From an uncultured delta proteobacterium (GTDB lineage Bacteria > Myxococcota > Myxococcia > Myxococcales > Myxococcaceae), in contig CAVQKE010000003.1 in the NCBI GenBank assembly GCA_963713045.1, positions 544,001-608,000 on the forward strand: 64,000 nt of DNA, written 5' to 3'. The translations under genes and the position numbers were made by a program. A model generated the notes under the pieces. It ran no database searches. It saw nothing but the letters and a program-made list of their open reading frames with translations, and had not been told where the DNA came from. Below are positions 48,261 to 57,465 of this stretch, one piece after another. Position 1 is the stretch's first letter, and every line of letters begins with the position of its first letter.

Positions 48261-49853
48261 CTAGGCGACGCGCGCCTCTTCGATGTCCAGCTGGGACTCA
48301 ATCCGATGCAGCACTTCATCTCCAATTGCGCCTTCGTTGCGCAGGCGGACCAATTCACGGCGCTGCGCTTCAATCAGCTCGCGCATCAATCGGCGGTAGT
48401 CGTCTCCCGTCCCCTTCTCCGCGTCCAGGCCTTGCGCCACCTTGGCTTCCAGACGCTGCCGGCGCTCCTCCAGCGCCGTCTGCAGCGCTTCGGCGCGAGC
48501 GCGGGGCAACCACGGCTCGCCCAGCAGGGCGCGCAACCGAGCTTGCCCGGCCTTCACCGCCGCCAGTCGAGCAGCCTGTTCCTCCAGCGCTTGGTCGCCA
48601 TCGCCGGTGACGCGCAGGGCGCGGATGAGCGGTGCGAGCGTCAGGCCCTCCACCACCAGCGTCACCAGCACCACGGCGAAGGTGATGAAGATGATCTCAG
48701 CACGGTAGGGGAAGGGCGTCCCGAGGCGGCTGGTGAGTGGCAGCGCCAGCGCGGTGGCCAGGGACAGCACGCCTCGCATGCCGGCCCAACCGAGGACGAA
48801 AAGCTGTGAGGTGGGCGGCATCGGGTCCTTCCGCCCAATGCTGGGGATGAGAACGCGCGGAAGGTAGGCGGTTGGAAAAATCCAGACGATGCGGACCAGC
48901 ATCACCACCAGGCAGATGGGAAGGCTGAGCAGCACCATCGACCAAAGCCGGCCCCCAACGAAGCCCGACACCACGCCGCGCAGCTGAAGCCCCAGCAGGA
49001 TGAAGGCCAGTCCGTTGAGGAACAGCACCCAGGTTTCCCAGACCGCGCTGGCTGGCAAGCGTGCATCGGCCCGCAGCACGACAGGGGCGTAATAGCCGGC
49101 ATACAGGCCGGCGCTGACGACGGCCAGGACACCGGAGCCTCCCAGGGCCTCCGCTGGCAGCCACACCAGGTACGGACATACCAGGGAGAAGAGAATGAGG
49201 ATGAAGGGGTCGCGGATGGACTTGGTGACTTGAAGGATGACCCAGCCGACTGCCAACCCCGCTCCGACGCCCGCCACGCACACCCAAACGAAGCCCAGCG
49301 CGGCCCGCCCGAGCGAGAACGTCCCGGTGAGGACCGCCGCCACCGCGAACCGGTAGGCCACCAGCGCAGAGGCGTCGTTCAACAGACTCTCCCCCTCGAG
49401 GATGGCCACCACCCGGCTCGGCAGCCCCACCTGCCGGGCGACGGCGGAGACGGCCACGGCGTCGGTCGGCGACAGCACTGCGCCAAGGACGAAGGCCACC
49501 GCCAGTGGCATCCCTGGAATCAGCGCATGGACGCTCAGCCCGACCGCGAGGACGGTGCCCAGCACCAGTCCGATGGCCAGCTGGCTAATGGCCCGCTTGT
49601 TGCGACGAACGTCCCGCCAGGACATTTCATAGGCGTCGGCGTAGAGCAGCGGCGGAAGGAAGAGCACCAGCACCAAGTCCGGGTCGAGGTGCACCTGCGG
49701 CACCTGGGGCACCAAGGCCAGCCCCAGCCCGCCGAGGACCAGGAGAATCGGGTACGGCACGGCGAGGCGCCGGGCCAGGGTGGCCAGCAGGACGACTGCC
49801 AGGAGCAGGCCAACCAGCAGCATCAGCGTCGCTTTGACGTCGAGCTCGCTCAC
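48261..49853 (-). CDS. Na+/H+ antiporter, CPA1 family (YjcE/NhaP-like)
   Basis: FLPPLLY, GAVLSPTDAVAV, LEGESLLNDASALV, WAGMRGVLSLATALALP. Confidence 0.93.
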   Translation of the reverse strand: MSELDVKATLMLLVGLLLAVVLLATLARRLAVPYPILLVLGGLGLALVPQVPQVHLDPDLVLVLFLPPLLYADAYEMSWRDVRRNKRAISQLAIGLVLGTVLAVGLSVHALIPGMPLAVAFVLGAVLSPTDAVAVSAVARQVGLPSRVVAILEGESLLNDASALVAYRFAVAAVLTGTFSLGRAALGFVWVCVAGVGAGLAVGWVILQVTKSIRDPFILILFSLVCPYLVWLPAEALGGSGVLAVVSAGLYAGYYAPVVLRADARLPASAVWETWVLFLNGLAFILLGLQLRGVVSGFVGGRLWSMVLLSLPICLVVMLVRIVWIFPTAYLPRVLIPSIGRKDPMPPTSQLFVLGWAGMRGVLSLATALALPLTSRLGTPFPYRAEIIFITFAVVLVTLVVEGLTLAPLIRALRVTGDGDQALEEQAARLAAVKAGQARLRALLGEPWLPRARAEALQTALEERRQRLEAKVAQGLDAEKGTGDDYRRLMRELIEAQRRELVRLRNEGAIGDEVLHRIESQLDIEEARVA

Positions 49854-49969
49854 GGACGGCGCAGAGGCTAACTCAGCTTCCGCGCAGCCGGGCCGCCTCC
49901 CTTCGTCCCACAGCACCTCGGGGGGTGCTCGACAGCCGGGCCTGGAGGAGGGTAGCCAGCGGCCCTGCC

Positions 49970-51184
49970 ATGCGGTGGTCGGCCCTCAATCCCTGGAAGG
50001 ACCTCGCCGGCCTGCCGCGCGAGTCCTGGCTCATCGCACTGGCGACGCTGGTGAACCGTGCCGGCACCATGGTGATGCCCTTCCTGGTGCTGTTTCTCAC
50101 CCGCGACCGGGGCCTTGCCGCCACGCGAGCTGGTTTCGCAATTGCCGTTTATGGCGCGGTAGCGCTGGTTTGGTCTCCCATCGCCGGGAGGCTGGGAGAT
50201 GCCTGGGGCCAGCTGCGCATGGTGAAGGCGTCTCTCTTCGCCAGCGCGGCTGTGCTGATGGCCGTCCCGCTGTTTCATTCCTACGCGTCCATTCTCTTCG
50301 GGATGGTGCTCCTCGCATTCGCCAGCGAGCCGGTGCGCCCGGCGACGATGGCGCTGGTCAGCCACCTCGCTCCGCCGCAGCGGCGGCGCCAGGCTTTTGC
50401 GCTCAACCGGCTGGCCGTCAACTTGGGGATGAGCGTCGGTCCCGCCTTGGGCGGCTTCCTCGCCGAGTCCTCGTTTCGCGCTCTGTTTTGGGTCGACGCG
50501 GCGACCTCGCTCGTCGCCGGACTGGTGCTGAGCGTCATCCCCTTCCGCGCGCCACGGCACTTTCATGACCCAACCGCCGTCCAGCCCGGCACCGCGCTCC
50601 GGGACGGCAAACTGCTCTACGTCCTGGCGGCACTCCTCCCGGTTCTGATGGTCTTCTTCCAGCACGTCTCCACCATGCCCCTCTACCTGGTGGACACCCT
50701 CGGGTTTCGCCCGTCGGTGTACGGGAGTCTGTTCGCCGTCAACACCCTGGTCATCGTCCTCACCGAGGTGCGCCTCAACACCCTCACCGGGCATTGGCCC
50801 TTCGGTCGAACGCTGGCCATCGGCGCCCTGCTCGCCACGCTGGGGTTTGCCGCGCTGGCCATCGCCCACTCGCTGCCGGCGGTGGTGGCAACGGTGTTGG
50901 TGTGGACTGCCGGGGAGATGATTCTCTTCCCCACCATGTCCGCCTACATCTCTGAGCTCGCGCCACCCGCCCGACGGGGCGAATATTTGGGCTTCTACAC
51001 CATGGCCTTCGGTGTCGCTTTCAGCCTCGGCCCCTGGCTCGGCACGCTCGTCTTTCAGCACCTTGGCCCCGTCACCCTGTGGGCGCTGTGCCTGCCCGCG
51101 GGCTGCATCTCGGTGTGGGCGCTGGCGCGCGTTTCGACGCGCGCCCCAGCCAGTATCAACCCCGCTGTTGCCTCGCCCAACTGA
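49970..51184 (+). CDS. MFS transporter
   Basis: About 12 TM helices; GRLGDAWG motif A, NLGMSVGPALGG, AP..RRGEYLG. Confidence 0.9.
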   Translation: MRWSALNPWKDLAGLPRESWLIALATLVNRAGTMVMPFLVLFLTRDRGLAATRAGFAIAVYGAVALVWSPIAGRLGDAWGQLRMVKASLFASAAVLMAVPLFHSYASILFGMVLLAFASEPVRPATMALVSHLAPPQRRRQAFALNRLAVNLGMSVGPALGGFLAESSFRALFWVDAATSLVAGLVLSVIPFRAPRHFHDPTAVQPGTALRDGKLLYVLAALLPVLMVFFQHVSTMPLYLVDTLGFRPSVYGSLFAVNTLVIVLTEVRLNTLTGHWPFGRTLAIGALLATLGFAALAIAHSLPAVVATVLVWTAGEMILFPTMSAYISELAPPARRGEYLGFYTMAFGVAFSLGPWLGTLVFQHLGPVTLWALCLPAGCISVWALARVSTRAPASINPAVASPN

Positions 51185-51319
51185 GAGCACTCTGGGGTTG
51201 AGCCGTGCGCTGCCTTAAACTCCCCGCTCCGCTGTGGGTTTGACCCTTGGCTGAAATCAAGCTGTCGTTGTCCCTCGGGGAGGATGGCTGCCGCCTCCCC
51301 CCTGTCATGAGGAGCCCGC

Positions 51320-52846
51320 ATGCGCGCATCAGCCGTTGTCGTCGGATGCACCCTGTGCAGCATCTGGACGGTCGGTTGCGGGAGCAACGGGGCCGCTGGG
51401 CCGGCAGTCGTTATTTCGCCGGCGACCCTGAGCGTCGCTACCGGAGGCACCGCCACCACCTTCCAGGCGTACCTCAGCGGCGGCGCCACCTCCCCGGTGG
51501 CGTGGACTCTCACCGGACCCGGCGCCCTGGCTCCCGTCTCCGACGTCGAAACCAGCTACCAGCCCCCTTCCTTAGGTGAAAGCGGCGGCACCGCGACGCT
51601 GAAGGCCAGCGCCCCCTGCGGCACCGGCTGCACGGTGGTGAATACGGCCACCCTCACCGTCAGCACCGCCACCACCGGGACGCTCACCGTGACTGTCACC
51701 GACCTGCCCACCACGGCGCCGGCCACCCTCACCGTCAGTGGCCCCAATGGCTACTCGCAGGCGGTGTCCACCACCAACACCGCCACGCTGGTGGGCCTCT
51801 CACCTGGCGCCTACACGGTGACGGGCGCGGACATCGGCGACAGCACCAACCCCGTCGTCAACTCCAAGTCCACCGCGGCGCCCGCGCCGGTGACCGTGGT
51901 GGCCAATGCGATGGCCAGCGTGACGGTGACTTACGCACCCGTCCCCGGGTACGGCTACCTCTGGGTCGCCGGAGGCATGGGCCTTGAGGGCTTTACCCCG
52001 GGGGACCTCCAAGTCCAGGGCACCCCCAGCATCACCCCCACCACCTCCGGCGCGGTCCAGGCCGTCGCCTTCGACGCGAGCGGCACCCTCTGGACGTCTC
52101 AGCTTGGCCCTCCGGACAGCGTGGTCAGCTACGCGCCGGCCGGGTTGGCCAGCTCCGCGCCGTTGACGGCTGCGGTGACCGTCACCGGCGGCCCCGTCTC
52201 GGGCCCGGCCGGCGTGGCCCTCGGGCCCGATGGACGCCTGTGGGTGGCCAACTGCGCTTCCAACGTCATCGCTGCCTACCCCCTGACTGGCGGGGCGGCG
52301 CAGGTGGAAATCAGCGGCAACCCCTTCAACTGCCCCTATGGCATCGCCTTCGACAGCGCGGGCAATTTGTGGGTAGCCAACCGCACCGGCGTCGCCGAGC
52401 GCATCCCCGCAGCGCAAATACAGGCCAACAACACTGCCCCCAGCCCGGACGTCACTCTCACGCCGCCGACGGGCGCCAGCCAACCCGATGGGCTGGCCCT
52501 CGACGCGCAGGGCAACGTCTGGGTGGCCTTCTGCGCTGGACCGGCCGTTGCGCGCTACGAAGCGAGCGGCGGAAGCGTTGCGGCGACGCCCATCGCCACC
52601 CTGACGCAGACGGGCACTCCGCCGAGCCTGGACTGCCCGGTGGGGCTCGCGCTGGACAACAGCGGGGACCTCTTCGTGGCCAACGCCGGCACACTGGGCG
52701 CGGGTGCGACAGTGTCTTGGTTTACCGCCGCCAACCTGGCCACCGGCGGAGCAGCGTCGCCGCTTTTCCAGCTCACCAGCTTCGCCCCCAGCGTTGGTGG
52801 ACTGGCCTTCAACCCCACGCCCACCAACCTCCCCATCTTCCACTAG
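51320..52846 (+). CDS. Lipoprotein with Ig-like domains and NHL/SMP-30-type beta-propeller
   Basis: TVGC lipobox; Thr-rich beta region; repeated P.G(I/L)AFD..GNLWVAN blades. Confidence 0.85.
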   Translation: MRASAVVVGCTLCSIWTVGCGSNGAAGPAVVISPATLSVATGGTATTFQAYLSGGATSPVAWTLTGPGALAPVSDVETSYQPPSLGESGGTATLKASAPCGTGCTVVNTATLTVSTATTGTLTVTVTDLPTTAPATLTVSGPNGYSQAVSTTNTATLVGLSPGAYTVTGADIGDSTNPVVNSKSTAAPAPVTVVANAMASVTVTYAPVPGYGYLWVAGGMGLEGFTPGDLQVQGTPSITPTTSGAVQAVAFDASGTLWTSQLGPPDSVVSYAPAGLASSAPLTAAVTVTGGPVSGPAGVALGPDGRLWVANCASNVIAAYPLTGGAAQVEISGNPFNCPYGIAFDSAGNLWVANRTGVAERIPAAQIQANNTAPSPDVTLTPPTGASQPDGLALDAQGNVWVAFCAGPAVARYEASGGSVAATPIATLTQTGTPPSLDCPVGLALDNSGDLFVANAGTLGAGATVSWFTAANLATGGAASPLFQLTSFAPSVGGLAFNPTPTNLPIFH

Positions 52847-52850
52847 GGCC

Positions 52851-53582
52851 GTGCGGCTGCAGGGGAATCGCCGTTGGGTCTGGGCCGTCGCCTTCGCACT
52901 CGGCCTGTCCATTGGGACGTCCAGCGCCGACCAGTCACCTCCAGGGCCGGCCCCGCCTTCGCTTCTCGATGCCGGGCCTGCCCCCCGCGCGCAGCCGAGG
53001 ACACCTGCCCGGCCGATGAGCTGGCAAGGGGCGAGCTGGCTCACCCGGCCAGAGCGCGAGCTGGAAGAGCAGCCGGACCGCATGCTTCACGCCCTTCACG
53101 TGTTGCCCGGCCAGACGGTGGCCGACGTCGGTGCCGGCGTCGGCTACCACGCTTGGCGCCTTGCGGCGCGCGTCGGCCCCACCGGGACGGTGTACGCCAC
53201 CGACATTCAAGAGGAGATGCTTGGACTCCTCAAAGCAAACATGGCCCGGCACAATGTCCAAAACGTGGTCCCGGTGCTGGCCACCGCCGACAGCACCGGG
53301 CTACCGGACGGGGCGGTGGACTTGGTGCTGCTGGTCGACGTCTACCACGAGGCGGTGGACCCGCAGGCCTTCCTGCGCCAGCTGCGTCGGGCGCTGAAGC
53401 CCGCAGGCCGACTGGCGCTGGTCGAATTTCGTGCCGAGGACCCAACGGTGCCCATCCAGCCCGAGCACAAGATGACTGCCGAGCAAGCCATCGCCGAGCT
53501 GGCGCTCGGCGGGTTTCGGCTGGCGGAGCGCTATGAATTTCTGCCCTGGCAGCACCTGCTGGTCTTCGTGCCAGTGCCGTGA
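52851..53582 (+). CDS. Class I SAM-dependent methyltransferase with signal-like N-terminus
   Basis: VADVGAGVGYH, VYATDIQ, VDLVLLVDVYHE, LKPAGRL, LPWQH. Confidence 0.9.
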   Translation: MRLQGNRRWVWAVAFALGLSIGTSSADQSPPGPAPPSLLDAGPAPRAQPRTPARPMSWQGASWLTRPERELEEQPDRMLHALHVLPGQTVADVGAGVGYHAWRLAARVGPTGTVYATDIQEEMLGLLKANMARHNVQNVVPVLATADSTGLPDGAVDLVLLVDVYHEAVDPQAFLRQLRRALKPAGRLALVEFRAEDPTVPIQPEHKMTAEQAIAELALGGFRLAERYEFLPWQHLLVFVPVP

Positions 53583-53601
53583 GGCGTAGTAGCGTCGCGG
53601 A

Positions 53602-55638
53602 ATGTCCACTGGCTGGAGGTTGGTCGTTGCCACGCTGTGCGTTGCGCCGCTCGCCATCGCCGAGCAGGCGCCCGTCCTGCCCCACACCGACCCGGTGCTG
53701 GAGCGAGCCATCGCGCGCGTCTACCCAGCGCTGGTGCAAATCCACGTGCTGACCGCCTACAGCGAGGGCGGGCGCGAGCGGAAATTCCAGGCCTCGGGCA
53801 GCGGCGTCATCATCTCCGCGGACGGGCACGTCATCACCAACCACCACGTGGTCGGTAAGGCCACTTCCATTCGCGTCATCCTCCCCACTTTTGAGGAGTT
53901 GGAGGCGAAGCTGGTGGGGACCGACCCGCTGGCGGACATCGCCGTCATCCAGCTGGACCTCTCCAAGCGTCCGCCGGGCGCTCCAGCGCTGCCAGTCGCC
54001 CATTTCGGCGAGTCCTCCGCGTTGCGGGTGGGAGACACGGTGCTCGCCATGGGGTGTCCCTTGGCCCTCTCGCAATCCGTGACGCGGGGGATTGTCGCCA
54101 ACACCGACATGCGCATTCCCCGGGCGCTGGAGCTGGACGGGGAAAACGTCGGCTCGGTGGTGAAGTGGATTGGGCACGACGCTCAAATTTTTCCCGGCAA
54201 CTCGGGTGGCCCGCTGGTCAACTTGGACGGGGAGATTGTCGGCATCAACGAGTTGGGAATTGGGCTGGCTGGCGCCATCCCCGCCGACCTTGCCCGGGTG
54301 GTCGCCGAGCAACTCATCGCCAAAGGCCACGTCGACCGGGCCTGGACGGGAATGGTCTTTCAGCCACTGCTGAAGAACTCGCCCCCGTCGATGACAGGCG
54401 TGCTGGTCTCCGCCGTCCTCCCCGGGACGCCGTCGGCCGCCGCCGGGGTCAAGGCTGGCGACCGCGTGGTGGCGGTGGAGGGTCGTCCGGTCACCGTGCG
54501 CTTCGACACCCAGCTGCCCGCTTTCACCAATGAGTTGCTTCAGCGTACGCCGGGGGCACCGCTCAACTTGACGCTGGCGCGTGGAAGCCAAGAGCTGAAG
54601 CTGACGTTGACGCCGCTGTTGCGAGATGAAGCCCGCGCCAAGGAAGTGGAGGTCAAGGAGTGGGGGTTCACCGTCCGCCGGCTGACTCGGGTAGAGGCCA
54701 TCGACTTGCAGCGGCCCGACAGCAAAGGAGTGCTGGTGAGCACGCTGTTGCCGGGAGGGCCGTCGGACAAAGCCGTCCCCTCTCTTCGCGGCGGGGACGT
54801 CATCACCCATGTCGCACAACACCCAGTGGATTCGCCCGAGGCCCTCCTCAAAGCCACTGCGGACCTCCTCAAAGGCGCCCACGCGCCGGTGTCCACGGTC
54901 GTCGGCTTCGACCGCGGCGCCGAGAAGCTGTTGACGCTGGTCGAGGTGGGCATCCGACCGCCTCAGGAGCCGCCCGCCGAGGCCCGGCGGGGCTGGCTCC
55001 CGATGGCCACCCAGGTGCTTTCCCCCAAGCTGGCCACAGCCCTCGGCTACAAGGGACGCAAAGGCGTGCGCGTGACCCAGGTGTACCCCGACGGCGAGGC
55101 CACCGGCTTTCGGGTGGGCGACCTCATCACCAAGGTGGATGACACGCTGGTGGAGGCCAGCGAGCCCCAGGACGCCGACCTCTTCGACGCGCTGGTGCGG
55201 GCCTACAAGCCGGGGAGCAAAGCGCAATTCGCGGTGCTTCGGGACGGCAAACCGGTGGTACTGACCGTCACTCTGTTGGAAGGCCCACGCCAGGAGAACG
55301 AGTTGCGCGTCTACCAGGACGTGGTGCTCGAATTCCGCTACCGCGACATCTCCTACTTGGACCGGGTGAGGCGCCGTTGGTCGAAAGAGGAGGCCGGTGC
55401 CTTGGTCAGCCAGGTGGACGCCGGCGGCTGGGCGGCCGTGGGGGGGCTCCGCCCGGATGACCTGATTGCTTCGGTGGACGGAAAGCCGGTGCGCAGCGCA
55501 CAAGAACTCGAAGCGCTGCTTCGTCCGGTGAAGGACGAGAAGCCCCACCACCTCACCTTCTTCGTCAAGCGCGGCGTCCGGACGCTGTTCCTCGAGCTTC
55601 AGCCCACCTGGGGCGACATCCGGCAGGCCTCCAAGTGA
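53602..55638 (+). CDS. HtrA/DegP-family serine protease with four PDZ domains
   Basis: Signal peptide; GSGVII, TNHHV, ADIAV and GNSGGPL triad; four G(V/A).V..V...(G/D)D.(I/V)..V PDZ-like units. Confidence 0.92.
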   Translation: MSTGWRLVVATLCVAPLAIAEQAPVLPHTDPVLERAIARVYPALVQIHVLTAYSEGGRERKFQASGSGVIISADGHVITNHHVVGKATSIRVILPTFEELEAKLVGTDPLADIAVIQLDLSKRPPGAPALPVAHFGESSALRVGDTVLAMGCPLALSQSVTRGIVANTDMRIPRALELDGENVGSVVKWIGHDAQIFPGNSGGPLVNLDGEIVGINELGIGLAGAIPADLARVVAEQLIAKGHVDRAWTGMVFQPLLKNSPPSMTGVLVSAVLPGTPSAAAGVKAGDRVVAVEGRPVTVRFDTQLPAFTNELLQRTPGAPLNLTLARGSQELKLTLTPLLRDEARAKEVEVKEWGFTVRRLTRVEAIDLQRPDSKGVLVSTLLPGGPSDKAVPSLRGGDVITHVAQHPVDSPEALLKATADLLKGAHAPVSTVVGFDRGAEKLLTLVEVGIRPPQEPPAEARRGWLPMATQVLSPKLATALGYKGRKGVRVTQVYPDGEATGFRVGDLITKVDDTLVEASEPQDADLFDALVRAYKPGSKAQFAVLRDGKPVVLTVTLLEGPRQENELRVYQDVVLEFRYRDISYLDRVRRRWSKEEAGALVSQVDAGGWAAVGGLRPDDLIASVDGKPVRSAQELEALLRPVKDEKPHHLTFFVKRGVRTLFLELQPTWGDIRQASK

Positions 55639-56474
55639 GGCGCCTTCAAGCCTGCGCACTGTCCGCCGCACTCCTTTGGGCGCTCGCCACGCCGGCCACG
55701 GACCTCCGCGCTGCCGGACGCGCCACGGCCGAGCAAGTCCGTCAAGCCGTCGTCACCATTCGCATCGTCCTCAAACTGAAAATCGGCTTCGGCGGACAGG
55801 CGCAAGACCAAGAACAAAAGGTGGAGGTGGCGGGCGTGGTGATTGACCCATCCGGGCTCACCCTGGCCAGTGCGGCCAGCATCGACCCCTCGGGGGCGTT
55901 GCGGAAAATGGCGGGAGGGCAAGCTTCCAGAATGAAGGTGGAAGCCGAGGTGAAGGAGACCACTCTCCTCCTCGAGGACGGCACCGAGGTCGAGGCCGAC
56001 GTCGTCCTCAAAGACACCGACTTGGACTTTGCCTTCCTCAAACCTCGCGAGGCCGGCAGACGCTTCAGCGCCATTCGGCTGCGTCCCCGCAGCGGGACGG
56101 TCCCGCTGCTGACGCCCATTTTCGTGGTGGCCCGGCTGGGAAAGCTGACCAGCCGCGCGCTCGCGGTCGCCACCGGCGAAATTCGCGCTTCGGTGCGTGG
56201 GCCCGCGCCCTACTACGTCACCGACGGCGAGACGGCCAGCTTCACCGGCTCGGTGGCGTATACCGCCGACGGGGTGCCACTCGGCGTTTTCGTCAACCGC
56301 TTCAGTGCCTCGCCTGACGCGCGAGGCGGCGGCTTCTTCGACGGTGCCTTCGGCCGCAGCAGTTCCGAGGCAGTGCTGACGGTGCTTCGCCCCGTGGACA
56401 AGGTGCTCGAATTGGCGGCCCAGGCCCGGGAGATGCCCCCACCCTCGAGGCCCGCGGAGGGCGTCGAGCCCTGA
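55635..56474 (+). CDS. Trypsin-like-fold secreted protein lacking catalytic His/Ser motifs
   Basis: Signal peptide; AVVTI, GVVIDPSGLTL, A.VVLKDTDLDFAFLK, G..AYTADGVPLGV; GTGA overlap with the HtrA gene. Confidence 0.75.
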   Translation: MRRLQACALSAALLWALATPATDLRAAGRATAEQVRQAVVTIRIVLKLKIGFGGQAQDQEQKVEVAGVVIDPSGLTLASAASIDPSGALRKMAGGQASRMKVEAEVKETTLLLEDGTEVEADVVLKDTDLDFAFLKPREAGRRFSAIRLRPRSGTVPLLTPIFVVARLGKLTSRALAVATGEIRASVRGPAPYYVTDGETASFTGSVAYTADGVPLGVFVNRFSASPDARGGGFFDGAFGRSSSEAVLTVLRPVDKVLELAAQAREMPPPSRPAEGVEP

Positions 56475-56640
56475 TGTGGAACGACCTGTCAAATCTAGCA
56501 ATGGGGTCGGTCGTGCCTTAGCTCCTTTGCCTTGTGGAGCGGAGCAGGCCACCGGTCGAAGCGGCTTTCGCGACGGTTGATCACTCTGATGCTCGCGGGT
56601 CGGGCCACATGGTCGTGATCCGTCGGGAGCTGCCTCGGAC

Positions 56641-57069
56641 TTAGTCGTCTTCGGGGAGCGCGAGCTTGATGGTGTCAGCGGCCAGCCGGCGCAGCACCGC
56701 TGCAAAGCCGGGCTTGTCGAGCGAGCCTTCGGCAATCGCCAGCGTTGCGGCTTCTAGCTCGCGCTTGGGGTCGAGCACCGTTACGAAGTTGAGCCCGAGG
56801 AAAAAGAGCGCGGTATGCAGCCCCACCCGTTTGGTGCCGTCGACGAAGGGATGATTTTTTACGAGGCGCTAGCAGTACGCCGCCGCGACTTGGAATAGGT
56901 CGGCCTCGGACTCGTAGTGGAGAAGATTTTCCGGCGCGGCGAGCGCGGAGTCGAGCAACCCCGCATCCCGCAACGCCGTGCTAGCACCGCCAAACAGGCG
57001 AATCTGATCTCGGTGAATCCCTAGGACGTCAGCGCGTGAGGGAAGAAGCGGCGACCGTGCGTCGGCCAC
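56641..57069 (-). pseudogene. doc: Fic/Doc (death-on-curing) toxin with internal TAG
   Basis: IH..QI..FGG..LRDAGLLDSAL..P...AAAYC*RLVKNHPFVDGTKRVG; the same frame continues past the stop at 56869-56871. Confidence 0.88.
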
Positions 57070-57234
57070 TTAATTCGCAAGCGCGGCGAACGTGGCCGCG
57101 TGGTCGCGAAGAATCTGCCTGTTGAGTGCACGCTTGCGTGCCGCCAGCGCTTGCGGCGTCTCGTGGCCGTGCGACTTGCGCAGCCCCGGCTTAGAAGGCT
57201 TCGAGGTGCGGCGAAGATTCTTGGCGGTGCTCAC
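57070..57234 (-). CDS. Putative small antitoxin (54 aa) of the Doc module
   Basis: Below the ORF-track cutoff: MSTAKNLRRTSKPSKPGLRKSHGHETPQALAARKRALNRQILRDHAATFAALAN; stop abuts the doc start; C-terminal helix resembles those of small Doc partners (inference). Confidence 0.6.
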   Translation of the reverse strand: MSTAKNLRRTSKPSKPGLRKSHGHETPQALAARKRALNRQILRDHAATFAALAN

Positions 57235-57246
57235 AGCGGCCCTAGC

Positions 57247-57462
57247 TTAACCAGGCTCCCCGTGGCTGCGCCACCGCTGACGGGCGGACGACTGCCGGAC
57301 CGACTGCCAGGGCTTCGGCGCGGGGGCGTTTCCCATCTTAAGAGCAGCACCTGGACGGAACAGGCACCAACACCCGGCGCAGGCACCATTCCTTCCAAAC
57401 AGCTTCTCCAGGGCGGGCCAGAGGGCTGGCGCGAGGTCCCGAACTTCGACTGCCCTGGACAC
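57247..57462 (-). pseudogene. GNAT acetyltransferase N-terminal fragment
   Basis: VRDLAPALWPALEKLFGRNGACAGCWCLF matches the GACxGCWC N-terminus of a GNAT subfamily; similarity ends near 57358. Confidence 0.65.
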
Positions 57463-57465
57463 GGG

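Noticed and set aside
53230..55671. 813-aa antisense ORF and many similar long overlapping ORFs in the track
   Set aside because: These are shadow frames of well-supported genes in high-GC DNA, with no recognisable motifs.
56869..56871. Amber recoding or pyrrolysine readthrough in doc
   Set aside because: TAG ends many ordinary genes in this window, and the Fic motif is also altered; a pseudogene is the simpler explanation.
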